From positions 1-64,000 of the forward strand of contig JAXDQU010000118.1 of the NCBI GenBank assembly GCA_034667685.1: a stretch of DNA of 64,000 bases. The letters run 5' to 3'. Below are positions 9,210-18,167 of the stretch, piece after piece (positions within the stretch are counted from its first letter, which is position 1; each line of letters opens with the position of its first letter). A model generated the notes under the pieces. That model was not told where the DNA came from and searched no databases. It saw nothing but the letters and a program-made list of their open reading frames with translations. This stretch comes from Thermoplasmata archaeon (GTDB lineage Archaea; Thermoplasmatota; SW-10-69-26; JACQPN01; JAJPHT01). The translations under genes and the position numbers were made by a program.

Positions 9210-9737
9210 ATGCTCATGCGTTCGCTTGCCGTCACCTCCGTCGTCCTCCTCGCCTCCCTCCTGGTCCCGGGCCTCGGCTCGGCCGGAGACGCCTCGCCCA
9301 CGGACTGGCAGGCCGCGGGAACGACGCTCCAATACGTCGGCACCACCGCGCTCCACTCGGGCGCGGACGAGAGCCCCCTCAACTGGCTCACGCTCAGCGT
9401 GACGGTGACCAGCGCCGACGCTCACAACATCAGCCTCGTCCTGACCGGCAGCGATCTCGAGACGACCCACTCGATCAGCGTCACCTACGACCTCGCGACC
9501 CGCAAGGAAGCCGCCAGCGACTCCTACGCGTACCTCTGGATCAACCCGAGCGACATCGCCGCGGGCCAAGCACAGATCGGCGACCACACCGCCGTCCTCC
9601 TGGTCAACACGCCCTCGCTCGTCGAGTTCAGCGACGGACAGGCCGACTACTGGTACGACCACGCCTCGGGCGTCCTCGTCCGCGCCGAGAACGTGTTCAA
9701 CCCCGCCGCGGCCGAGCTCGTGACGGCGTCGGAGTGA
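9210..9737 (+). CDS. Secreted single-domain WINPSDIAAG paralog, divergently transcribed
   Basis: Signal peptide MLMRSLAVTSVVLLASLL; YLWINPSDIAAGQA...LLVNTPSLVEFSDGQADYW; lacks the C-terminal Cys domain. Confidence 0.85.
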   Translation: MLMRSLAVTSVVLLASLLVPGLGSAGDASPTDWQAAGTTLQYVGTTALHSGADESPLNWLTLSVTVTSADAHNISLVLTGSDLETTHSISVTYDLATRKEAASDSYAYLWINPSDIAAGQAQIGDHTAVLLVNTPSLVEFSDGQADYWYDHASGVLVRAENVFNPAAAELVTASE

Positions 9738-9910
9738 ACTGCACTCGTGGCGGAGGACTGGAAGTGCCTCTGGAGTCCCCCGTTTCCACTGCAGCGCTTG
9801 GATAGTTTCTCTAGACTCCCCAAGAGATTCATGACCCCCAAGTGCATCCAACCGAAAGTGAGGGCCATGTCAATCGTGTTCTCCGCCCGTTCGATGGCTG
9901 CGACGTATCT

Positions 9911-10990
9911 ATGCTGACGATCTTCTTGGGTGCGGGCTTTGGGCGTACGGCGGACCTTCCGCTGGCACGGAACATCTTGGACGACGTCCCGCAAATGGAT
10001 CGCGACGTGCGAAACGTGCTTGCCAGGGTGGTTCGCGCACGATGGCACGCGTGGCGCCGAGAGAATCACGGAACCGTCGAGCAATACCTCGCGTACCTCG
10101 AGGGTCTTCCGCGTCGGTGGGGGTCGATTGAATCCAGAGTCCAAGAATGGGAGGACGCCACGAAGCTCGTCGGGCTCAACATTGCCACGCGGATGGGCCA
10201 GGTCAACCATGGCAATTACCAGGGAATCCGTCATCACGACATCTACCGGACCACGGGATTCCCTGAGTACGAGCAGTTCTGGAACGAAATCTTCCGCCGC
10301 ACGACCGACGTGTCCGTGATGACAACGAACTACGACCTCCTGGCAGAACGGGGCATCCGGGCAATTCCTCTCAAGCCGGGCGGGAAACAGGTCCGGCCAG
10401 GATTCCACTATGGCATGCCTGGAGAATGGCTCGCCGGAAGCGGTCCAGCCTTCAGCAGCTTGCGCGGCGACCCGGTCCTCCGCGGGAGCGTTCCCTTGAT
10501 GAAACTTCATGGCTCGGTCAACTGGCTCCTGACCAGCGCCGGCATCAAGCACTACTTCAATTGCTGGCCTGCCATCTACGCCACGCCCGCATTGGTCGCG
10601 CCCGTCGAAAACAAGTCCGTTCCCTCGTGGGCCACTCCAGTCTGGGACGCGGCCCACGACGCACTACGGCAAAGCGACGATCTCCTCTTCATCGGCTACA
10701 GCCTGCCCCCATACGACCATGCTGTCGCGGATCTTCTCCAATCCTCCGTACGCGACGAAACGCGCGTGCACATCATGGACCCGAACCGCCGCGTAACTGA
10801 CCGATTCCGCGAGTTGCTCCCCCGATGCTTCGTGCAGAATCACGGATCGTTCCCGCGCGGCATCCGCCGCTTCCTTTCTGCGTGGTATCCCTATTATTCC
10901 CGCGAGGCACGGTCTGAGACGATTCGGTGGCCGCGTCGGGAACCGGCCTACGGTCTACCTCACCGCCCCTTCGTGGTCTCGGACCCGTGA
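9911..10990 (+). CDS. SIR2-like (SIR2_2) protein, putative defence NADase
   Basis: FLGAGF, TTNYD, KLHGS and FIGYS motifs; start moved to ATG 9911. Confidence 0.85.
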   Translation: MLTIFLGAGFGRTADLPLARNILDDVPQMDRDVRNVLARVVRARWHAWRRENHGTVEQYLAYLEGLPRRWGSIESRVQEWEDATKLVGLNIATRMGQVNHGNYQGIRHHDIYRTTGFPEYEQFWNEIFRRTTDVSVMTTNYDLLAERGIRAIPLKPGGKQVRPGFHYGMPGEWLAGSGPAFSSLRGDPVLRGSVPLMKLHGSVNWLLTSAGIKHYFNCWPAIYATPALVAPVENKSVPSWATPVWDAAHDALRQSDDLLFIGYSLPPYDHAVADLLQSSVRDETRVHIMDPNRRVTDRFRELLPRCFVQNHGSFPRGIRRFLSAWYPYYSREARSETIRWPRREPAYGLPHRPFVVSDP

Positions 10991-11104
10991 TGGGGTGTGT
11001 TCATCTGCAGAGGGGGTGCCGATGCCTCCATTTCGTCTGGGGCCCGATGGCCCTGGTGCGTTTCCCAACGTCTATGAGGAAGTCGGGGACGTTTTCGTGG
11101 CTCG

Positions 11105-11857
11105 ATGAAGTGGACGGCCGTGATGGTCGGCTTGCTCGTCGTGTTGGCCGGGGCCGCGGCGCTCTTGGTCAGCATTGTCGAGGGAGCCCGCGCCGAGCGG
11201 TGCGAGAAGGACTTCACCCGCGCCGAATGCCGAACCTGGGGAGAGGACGCGAACGCACCGGTCGAAGCGGCCGCGCGCTGGAGCGCGGTCAGGACCGGCT
11301 CGTATGCGCTCATGGGGCTGGGTGTCCTCGTGTGCGCCGGCGGCGCCGTCCCGTGGGCCCGACTACGCGCCTACGCGGCAGCAAAGCGCGAAGCCGCCGA
11401 GGTGCAGCGGATCGCCCACGAGGAAACTCATCGCGCTGCTCAGACGGCTGCCGAGTCTCAAGGAACTACGAAGAAAGCTCCCGACGCAGACCCGGTGCGC
11501 GAGCTGCAGGCGCGCTTGGTGCGCGGCGAGATCAGCGAGGACGAATACGCCCGCAAGCGCTTGCTCTTGGACGCCCAACCGGGCGAACGGGCGGGCTGGA
11601 AGGAGGTCGTGCCATGGAGTCTCTTCCTGGGCTTGGTCGGCGCCTTCCTGGGATTCCTGGTGCGCCCAAGCGCTGGCGTCCTAGGCCAATTGCCTTTTGA
11701 CGTGGTCATCACGCGGGGCGCAACGCTCCAAGGTCTCGACACGATCCTGAGGGGCACGGCAGAGAAGTCCTTCAACATCATGCTCGCCGGCCTCGTTATC
11801 GGTCTCCTGCTTGGCGCCGCCGTGCCGAGCCTGCAGCGCGCCTTGCGACGCTCATGA
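11105..11857 (+). CDS. Membrane protein with central SHOCT-like motif
   Basis: Four hydrophobic segments; DPVRELQARLVRGEISEDEYARKR resembles SHOCT. Confidence 0.75.
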   Translation: MKWTAVMVGLLVVLAGAAALLVSIVEGARAERCEKDFTRAECRTWGEDANAPVEAAARWSAVRTGSYALMGLGVLVCAGGAVPWARLRAYAAAKREAAEVQRIAHEETHRAAQTAAESQGTTKKAPDADPVRELQARLVRGEISEDEYARKRLLLDAQPGERAGWKEVVPWSLFLGLVGAFLGFLVRPSAGVLGQLPFDVVITRGATLQGLDTILRGTAEKSFNIMLAGLVIGLLLGAAVPSLQRALRRS

Positions 11858-11885
11858 CCGCGCACGATGGCCGCTTTCGCTGGGG

Positions 11886-12784
11886 TCAGCCGAGTGATTC
11901 GTCCTCGAAGAGAACGTAGCCGTCCAGGCCCACGCTCGTGTTCTCCCGAAGGTAGCTCACTTCTTGGAGGGCGCGCATGCTTTGGCTGATTTCCCCCAGC
12001 GTTTCATAAAGAGCTGACGAGCGTGTCGTATCACTCTCGCTCTCGCGGGGGATCAGACTCGCCAAGAGACCATGAATCCCAATGAGATCCGCGTGGACGC
12101 CCAGAGAAAGCCCCGTGCCCGGGAGGGGAAGCACGCGCAGGGGGACGCCGGCCTCCCTTTGCGATTCCATCTCCAAGCCGGCATTGTGGAGCAGAAAGGG
12201 AAGCTGGTAGTACGCATCGAAGAAGGCTGCCCTCTTCGACCAGTACCCCGGCCACTGGATTCACCTTCGCGCCGTGGCCAGCATCGTCGTGCGCTGGGGC
12301 TATGACGCGAGCCACATGAACCGAGGACTCGCGTACGTTTCGCGAAACCATCGCCTCATGCGGCGCGGTGACTACGTTTTCCTCCCAACGAGCCCCAGGG
12401 CCCCCGATGCTCCATGCATTGAAGCCATCGTCGGACCCGAAGCGGCCCATCCGCTCCCACTCACCGGGTGCTGTCCTGCTTAGGGGGTATGAGGTGGAAT
12501 TCTCGCCGAAGAGGTTCGCGGAATACCCCCTAAACGGGACAGCACCGGGACGAGGAGGTCGCGCAACTCGCACCGAACGGTTTCTCGAAGACGAGGTCGC
12601 CCGGCTCGAGGTCGCACGTGCTTTGGAACCCGGGCGCGATGGCGAAGTGGATCGCGTGCTCGTGCCCGGGCGTCCCACCGAACTTGATCTGAGCTGCGAG
12701 CTGTTCTTCCGCCTTCATCCAACCCTCGCGATAGTCCGCGTCGCTCGCGGTCATGTTCAGCGTCACGCCAGGGGGCTGCATCAC
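11886..12784 (-). pseudogene. Probable frameshifted third gene of the pAgo operon
   Basis: ATG 12784 overlaps the pAgo stop (ATGA). Protein-like sequence continues across three frames (MMQPPG...EKPFG / ...GEWERMGRFG...GAKV / IQWPGYWSKRAAFFDAYY...FEDESLG*). Confidence 0.5.
12467..12546. repeat. 24-bp inverted repeat with 32-nt spacer (MITE-like or hairpin)
   Basis: GGTGCTGTCCTGCTTAGGGGGTAT (12467-12490) vs ATACCCCCTAAACGGGACAGCACC (12523-12546), 22/24 complementary; CACCGGG is directly repeated at 12462 and 12543. Confidence 0.75.
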
Positions 12785-14304
12785 ATGTAGAACTTATAGT
12801 GATCCTGGATGCGCCCACCTTCTCCGAGCTCGGATAGGACGTCGCCGACGCGTTGGGCGAAGCCGATCGTGATCGGCGTGCTGGTCGAGAACGTCGTCGA
12901 ATTCCAGTCGAGCTTCGTGAGTCCCATGATCTCGCGGCACACGTGGTCGAACTCGGCGTCACCATCGTGCGTGAGCAGGAGCGGTTCGGGCACGCGTGCG
13001 CCGGGATAGGTCCGGAGGCGCGGGATGTAGCCGCTCGTGTAGAGCAAGTGCTCTCGTGTGCTCATCGAGAGGACGGTGCCGCGGAGGACGGGATAGTTGC
13101 CCATGCGGAGGAAGCGGATGGGCGCGCGGCGAAACGAGACGAGGTCGGAAGGCGTCTTCCCAATAGCGCGAAGCACGCCTCGCTTCTCGTTGTCCGAGAA
13201 GCGGCTCGTCTTGTGGACCACGACGCGGTGCGGCGGTCCGCCGGCTCGTTCGGAATACTTCTGGATCGCATGCGCGAGGAGATCGTGCGCTTGCTTCTCG
13301 CTCATGAAGGGCTCGCGCGTCCGCTCATCGATCGTGACCTCGGTCCCCTTGACGACGAAGCCTTCGAGGTTATGGGTGAAGACTTGCGCCATGGAAAACT
13401 GGAGCTCTCCCGTCGCGCTACGCTTGTTCTTGAAGAACGCGATGCCCACGTAACACGTGCCGGCTGTGAGCTTCGCCACCCGCCAGGGGCGGCCGTTGGC
13501 CTTATAGTAAAGGGCCGTCGCGAGGTTCCAAGCGAATTCAGCGGGCTGCTGGATGCTCTCGTTCGTCTTCTCGATCTCCCCCTTTGCGAGCCGGACGAAA
13601 GCACGCGCGGAAGATTCGCGAAGGAGTTGGATCGGCTTGGCGTCCTTGAGGCTCATCGCCTTGCCCTTGATGGCATTGCGAAGGTCGTAATCCTTCTCCT
13701 CCTGCTCGACGTCCTCGAGTTGCAAGAGCTCGGTGAGCGTTCGGTTCACCTGGCGGGCGCGCTCGAGCTTCGTGGGCTTGGGGATGCTTGCGCCGCGCGT
13801 CTGCTTGCTCCGGCCGCAGTACTCCTCGACGTATTCGGGGAGCATGCAAATGATGACATCGGGGACGCTGTCCTCGCTGAGGATCTGACTGATCTTCGCG
13901 ACGTACATGTTGGCGCAGGCGGCGATGCGCTGGTTGACGTCCTTGATCTTCTCGAGCGCGCGGATGTCGCTGTCCGTGATAGACGCCTTCCACTGTTCAC
14001 CTGGAACGAAATCGCATCGGATCTTTGTGCTCATGTTGACGCCCGGATAGTCCGGGCTGAGCCAGGCGTTCGTGTTCTTGCTGGCAATGGGCCTCGCAAG
14101 CGTCGTGAGAACCTCTTTGGCGAGTGTCAGCGTGGGGCCCGTGCCGATGATGCCGATGCGCACTGTCGTCGGCGTGGGGCCTTTCTCGTTCTCTCCGTGG
14201 AAGGGGCCGTTCCGCGTCATCCCGATGCGCGGATCGATGTCCTTCTTGCCCTGCCCGAAAATGAGATCGGGCTCGGGGAGGATCGTGGCGGGCACGGTCG
14301 TCAT
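12781..14304 (-). CDS. ago: Short prokaryotic Argonaute (MID-PIWI), catalytically inactive
   Basis: 507 aa; EPDLIFG..DPRIG...GPF, YYKANGRPW, CYVGIAFF, VVVHKTSRF, YPGARVPEPL, GLTKLDWN, PITI, YKFYM C-terminus; DEDX tetrad positions substituted. Confidence 0.95.
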   Translation of the reverse strand: MTTVPATILPEPDLIFGQGKKDIDPRIGMTRNGPFHGENEKGPTPTTVRIGIIGTGPTLTLAKEVLTTLARPIASKNTNAWLSPDYPGVNMSTKIRCDFVPGEQWKASITDSDIRALEKIKDVNQRIAACANMYVAKISQILSEDSVPDVIICMLPEYVEEYCGRSKQTRGASIPKPTKLERARQVNRTLTELLQLEDVEQEEKDYDLRNAIKGKAMSLKDAKPIQLLRESSARAFVRLAKGEIEKTNESIQQPAEFAWNLATALYYKANGRPWRVAKLTAGTCYVGIAFFKNKRSATGELQFSMAQVFTHNLEGFVVKGTEVTIDERTREPFMSEKQAHDLLAHAIQKYSERAGGPPHRVVVHKTSRFSDNEKRGVLRAIGKTPSDLVSFRRAPIRFLRMGNYPVLRGTVLSMSTREHLLYTSGYIPRLRTYPGARVPEPLLLTHDGDAEFDHVCREIMGLTKLDWNSTTFSTSTPITIGFAQRVGDVLSELGEGGRIQDHYKFYM

Positions 14305-15743
14305 GGTTCTGCCTCCGGTGGCGTGTCGTCTCCGGGATCATCGAGGATGCGCATCTGGTCGCTCACGATGCCGAGGTCCACCGTCGCCATGAGCGGGGTG
14401 GTGGAGATCTCGAAGCCCTCTGGGAGGAGGATGCGTCCTTTCTGCGTCTCGAGCTGCTCGACCCAGAAGTACATGTCCCGGAGGTAATCCGCGTTGTACT
14501 TGTCGTGGAGCAGGCTCGTGACGACGGCGCCGACGCGGTCGTCCTTGATGACGCGGCGTCCGTCCCACGTGATGACGAACGTGGGAACGAGTTGGAGGAA
14601 CAGCTTGTCGGCGAACTCGACGATCTCGAGGCCGACTGCGTGGTGCTTGTAGACGTCCTGTTCGAAGCCTTCGGCGTAATGCCGCTCGGCGACGCGGCGG
14701 GGCCTGCCGCGAGTGAGCCCTCTCCAGTCGATCTTCCTGGTCTTCTCGTCGTCGCGGAGCGGATAGAAGAGTCTGTCTCCCTTGTGCTGCGCCCACATGC
14801 CGCGCTCTTGGGCGTTGCACTTGATCGCCTCTTTGAGGAGCCAGTGGAACATGCGGTCGCGGTCGGGGTCGGCGCGCCACTTCGTGATGTTCACGCGGTG
14901 GACGCTGCTCGTCATGATGTAGTTCTTGAGCTCCGTCTGGCGCGGGTCATCGAACGAGTACACCCGGCCCGCGTAGGGCACGCAGGCCCAGCGCCGGCGC
15001 ACATCGCTCGGCAGGGTGGGCACGCGAAGCTCGGCCGAGTACGCATCCGTGGGGAGCCTGAGGATGGGGAACAGGTTTGAGTGGAGCGTCTCGTGGACAG
15101 GGTCGGGCTTGCCGCTGACGAGCGCGATGCGGTAGCGGTCGTGCGAGATGCGCTCGCGCAAGGCGAAGATCTCCTCGTCGGAGGCGGGCACGCTCTGCGT
15201 GCCGCGGCGCGTGTAGACCATGCCTTTCTTGAGCGCCATCTTGTTGCCGATGTATGCGACGTCCTTGACGGGCGCGAGGAGGTCGAGGAACGGCGGTACG
15301 AAGATCGCCGCGAAGCGGCGGACCTCGACACCGGTGGCCTTCTTGTTCGCCGGGTCCGGGAGGTACTCGACCTCTCGTGAGAACTCGGTGTAGCCGATCG
15401 TGATAGGCGTGGGCGAGAGCGCGTTGAACTTCTCCTGTAGAGAGGCCTGGTCGACGGAGTGGTCGTCGCGGAGGCCGATGGGCTCGTGGACGCCAGTGCT
15501 CGACTTCTTCCACCCGATGAGGATGTAGCCGCCGCCGTGGTTCCCGAAGGCGAAGACGTCCTTCGCCACCTTGCCGAAGTCGCCGCCCTTCGCGATGCTG
15601 AGCTCGCTCTTGAAATCCCAATTGGGACTCTCGTGCCGCTTCGCGAACAAGTACCGGAGGTAAGGCTCGTCGAGCGGGTCCGGCTCGGCATCAGGCCCGA
15701 AAGCATCCGGGGCAAGAGATCGCGCCCCAACATCTGGCGCCAT
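14301..15743 (-). CDS. Schlafen/AlbA_2-domain-APAZ fusion, partner of the short pAgo
   Basis: Start moved to ATG 15743 (480 aa). N-terminal ESPNWDFK...KDVFAFGNHGGGYILIG...YTRRG is AlbA_2-like; C-terminal ETLHSNLFP...HHAV...LVPTFVITWDG...YNADY...FW is APAZ-like; ATGA-coupled to ago. Confidence 0.85.
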   Translation of the reverse strand: MAPDVGARSLAPDAFGPDAEPDPLDEPYLRYLFAKRHESPNWDFKSELSIAKGGDFGKVAKDVFAFGNHGGGYILIGWKKSSTGVHEPIGLRDDHSVDQASLQEKFNALSPTPITIGYTEFSREVEYLPDPANKKATGVEVRRFAAIFVPPFLDLLAPVKDVAYIGNKMALKKGMVYTRRGTQSVPASDEEIFALRERISHDRYRIALVSGKPDPVHETLHSNLFPILRLPTDAYSAELRVPTLPSDVRRRWACVPYAGRVYSFDDPRQTELKNYIMTSSVHRVNITKWRADPDRDRMFHWLLKEAIKCNAQERGMWAQHKGDRLFYPLRDDEKTRKIDWRGLTRGRPRRVAERHYAEGFEQDVYKHHAVGLEIVEFADKLFLQLVPTFVITWDGRRVIKDDRVGAVVTSLLHDKYNADYLRDMYFWVEQLETQKGRILLPEGFEISTTPLMATVDLGIVSDQMRILDDPGDDTPPEAEP

Positions 15744-16386
15744 TCGAATCGAACCAGATTGAACTCCCAGTATATGTCGTTGAGAGGTGACAGAAAGTGC
15801 TCCACTGGAAGCATCGGTCCCATCGGCCGTCGCCCGGTGCGGCTCGGGGGCGCGTGAGCATGCGGCCCCGATCTCGGTTGATCGACATGTGCTTGCCGGT
15901 TTGCTATCTCCCTTATCCCTCGGACTGTGCAGTGGACGTGGCCGATGAAGCACGCTGGGGGCTGCGGAGGGGCGACACGCACGGTTGGTACGCGCACGGG
16001 CACGGGGGCTTTGAAAGTGTTCAACCCGGCCGTGGTCGCACTCGTTCCGGTCCCGGGCTGAACAGCCGTGTTGTCGCAGCCGGCTGGGGACTTTCGTCCT
16101 CACATCTGCTAAGCACGGCCGATCAGGTGCCCACTGACTCTTCGAAAATTCTCCAGCGGATGCATTCGTTGCATCAGGCGAGTTCATAGCACAGGGCCCA
16201 CAGGAAGTAGCATAGCTGCCCTCTCGACGGCCCATCGATTCATGCACTAGATTATTCTTGTGAAATACCTGTGGCGGGAGGTATTGAGTCACGGGTGTCT
16301 GCGCGGACAAGGGGGTGCGCGGCATGTCTACGTCTCTTGACGCCATGCGGAGTTGAGTTGGCTCATCGCCGCCCTCGATCCAACCC

Positions 16387-17673
16387 ATGGAGGATCGTCT
16401 TGTGACGATTCGAGGTCACTACAGGCCCGGGCGCGTGCCACCGCCGGCGCCTTCCGCTCCGAGTCTACCCGCGGCTCTTCGGCCCGAGAAGTGGAAGCCT
16501 CGGGCGCCCGTTCGTCCGCCCGTGATTTCGTTCTGGGATTTCATGGTCCTAGAGGAATTGCCGGATGAGGGTCTTTGGCGTCCCAAGGCGACGGGGTTGG
16601 AGCATGAGCGGGCGGATGGGAGCGCGCGCGGGATGTGGCGCAAGCTGCACCAGATCTACGAGGAGATGGGCTACGACCTTGCAGCCTTCCGCGCCACGAG
16701 CGAGGGCAAGTCGCCTTGGGACGTCGAGGAGCCGCCCTGGGAGAAAATCCGCGTCTGGGCCGGTTCACCGACGAATCGCGCAATCCGCGTCGAATACCAG
16801 CAACTCCTCCGCTGGCTATGCGCGCATTGGGGCCTCGACCGAGCCACCATGCCCGAGAAGCTCAGCACATCCTGGCGGAACCCCGAGCTCCTGCAGAAGG
16901 CCCGGAACACGGGCCTGACCGCATCGAGGAGCTTCCACTTCGTCCCCGATCAAATCCGCACGCTGCTGAGCGTGCCGGCTTTCACGTTGAGGCTGCGCTT
17001 GGAGCCGCGGCATTGGGCGCGCGAGGACCAGCGACAGATTGCGGCCTACAAGGACGACATGTGCCACGCGATGATCTTCCACGGCGCCTACCTCGGTTAC
17101 CGGCGCACCGAGCACGCCATGGTCCACGTGCGGCACTATGACCGCGACGAGAAGTGCATGAGCGAGCTTCCCCAAGAGAAGAACAAGCCCCCGCGGAACC
17201 CTGCCACGCCCGAGAAGGAAGTCTTCGCGGGCAGCAAGCATGCCTATCCTTCGCTCGAGTGGTGGCTCGACCAGCGCCACCCATGCCCCGAGAATCCCGA
17301 CGCGCGACTCTGGCCCCAAATCGACGGAACGCCGTACAAGAACGTCGAGAGCGTCCTGGGCGACTTCATCAACCTCGTCCTGGGCCCGCAGAGCCCCAGC
17401 GTCCACGACCTGCGCGGCTTCGCCGCAACCTGGGCCCACCACCACGGCTGGACCGACGACGCCGTCGCCAAACTCCTCGACGACGAATGGAAAAACGTCA
17501 CAGGCTCCTACCTGAACCACGCCTGGCTCGACAACCACGACAGGCTCAACCCCAACACCCGAAACCCACGCCCCGCCCGAGAACTCCTACGCAGCAACGG
17601 CCAACGCAGCCTCCACCAGGGCCACGACAAGCCACGCTTGACAGGTTCCCCGAATCTCCTCGCAACTCCGTGA
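16387..17673 (+). CDS. Tyrosine recombinase/integrase (divergent archaeal type)
   Basis: Catalytic pattern GYRRTE (R), HDLR (HxxR), TGSYL (Y). Confidence 0.85.
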   Translation: MEDRLVTIRGHYRPGRVPPPAPSAPSLPAALRPEKWKPRAPVRPPVISFWDFMVLEELPDEGLWRPKATGLEHERADGSARGMWRKLHQIYEEMGYDLAAFRATSEGKSPWDVEEPPWEKIRVWAGSPTNRAIRVEYQQLLRWLCAHWGLDRATMPEKLSTSWRNPELLQKARNTGLTASRSFHFVPDQIRTLLSVPAFTLRLRLEPRHWAREDQRQIAAYKDDMCHAMIFHGAYLGYRRTEHAMVHVRHYDRDEKCMSELPQEKNKPPRNPATPEKEVFAGSKHAYPSLEWWLDQRHPCPENPDARLWPQIDGTPYKNVESVLGDFINLVLGPQSPSVHDLRGFAATWAHHHGWTDDAVAKLLDDEWKNVTGSYLNHAWLDNHDRLNPNTRNPRPARELLRSNGQRSLHQGHDKPRLTGSPNLLATP

Positions 17674-17778
17674 TGGGCTCACCGCCCGACCACGACCCCA
17701 CGATGCGCGTAGATCCACCTGACCGGTCACGATCGGCGTTCAAAGGTCCTCAGAATCTCAGTCGAAAATCTCTGGGTC

Positions 17779-17807
17779 GACCTCATCCGAGTTCGAACCG
17801 GAGATCT
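17779..17807 (-). other. Degenerate tRNA 3'-half (att-like remnant)
   Basis: 21/29 identity to the 3' part of tRNA-Val(GAC); the minus strand folds as a T-arm (TCCGG-TTCGAAC-TCGGA); about 100 bp downstream of the integrase. Confidence 0.5.
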
Positions 17808-18167
17808 GCATGGCGCACGACGGCTGGAGGGGACATCCAGGGATAGTCTCCATGGCGGCTTGCACTGGTTCGGTTCTTCGAACGAAGGCTTTCGAAGACG
17901 CCACGCGCCACATCGCACTCGAGGGAACGGCCATCCGAAGGGGCCCCGAATGGCGAAGGCCATCTACGCGGCCACGTATGGCGCGTGGGGTCCCTCAAGT
18001 GATTGCGCTGCGCCACGACGCGCACCTGCTGGTTATTTACGCGGAGTCCGAGCGCCAAATGAGACCTCACGGAATATCCTTCAAACACGCCAGGCGGATG
18101 GGGTATGGCCGTGCCGTAGGGAGAAACTTATCTCCGCTCGATGGGTTCGCAAGGTAGAGGCTTACAC

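Noticed and set aside
3980-9737. Diversity-generating retroelement (TR/VR)
   Set aside because: No reverse transcriptase in the window, and differences between copies are not adenine-specific.
12781-14304. Active slicer or long pAgo
   Set aside because: No N/PAZ region, and the catalytic Asp positions are substituted.
9911-14304. SPARSA (SIR2-APAZ/pAgo)
   Set aside because: SIR2 is on the opposite strand and lacks APAZ; the APAZ-like region is fused to AlbA_2 instead.
15744-16388. 215-aa N-terminal extension of the AlbA_2-APAZ ORF
   Set aside because: Not protein-like and abuts the integrase start; ATG 15743 gives a normal-sized partner.
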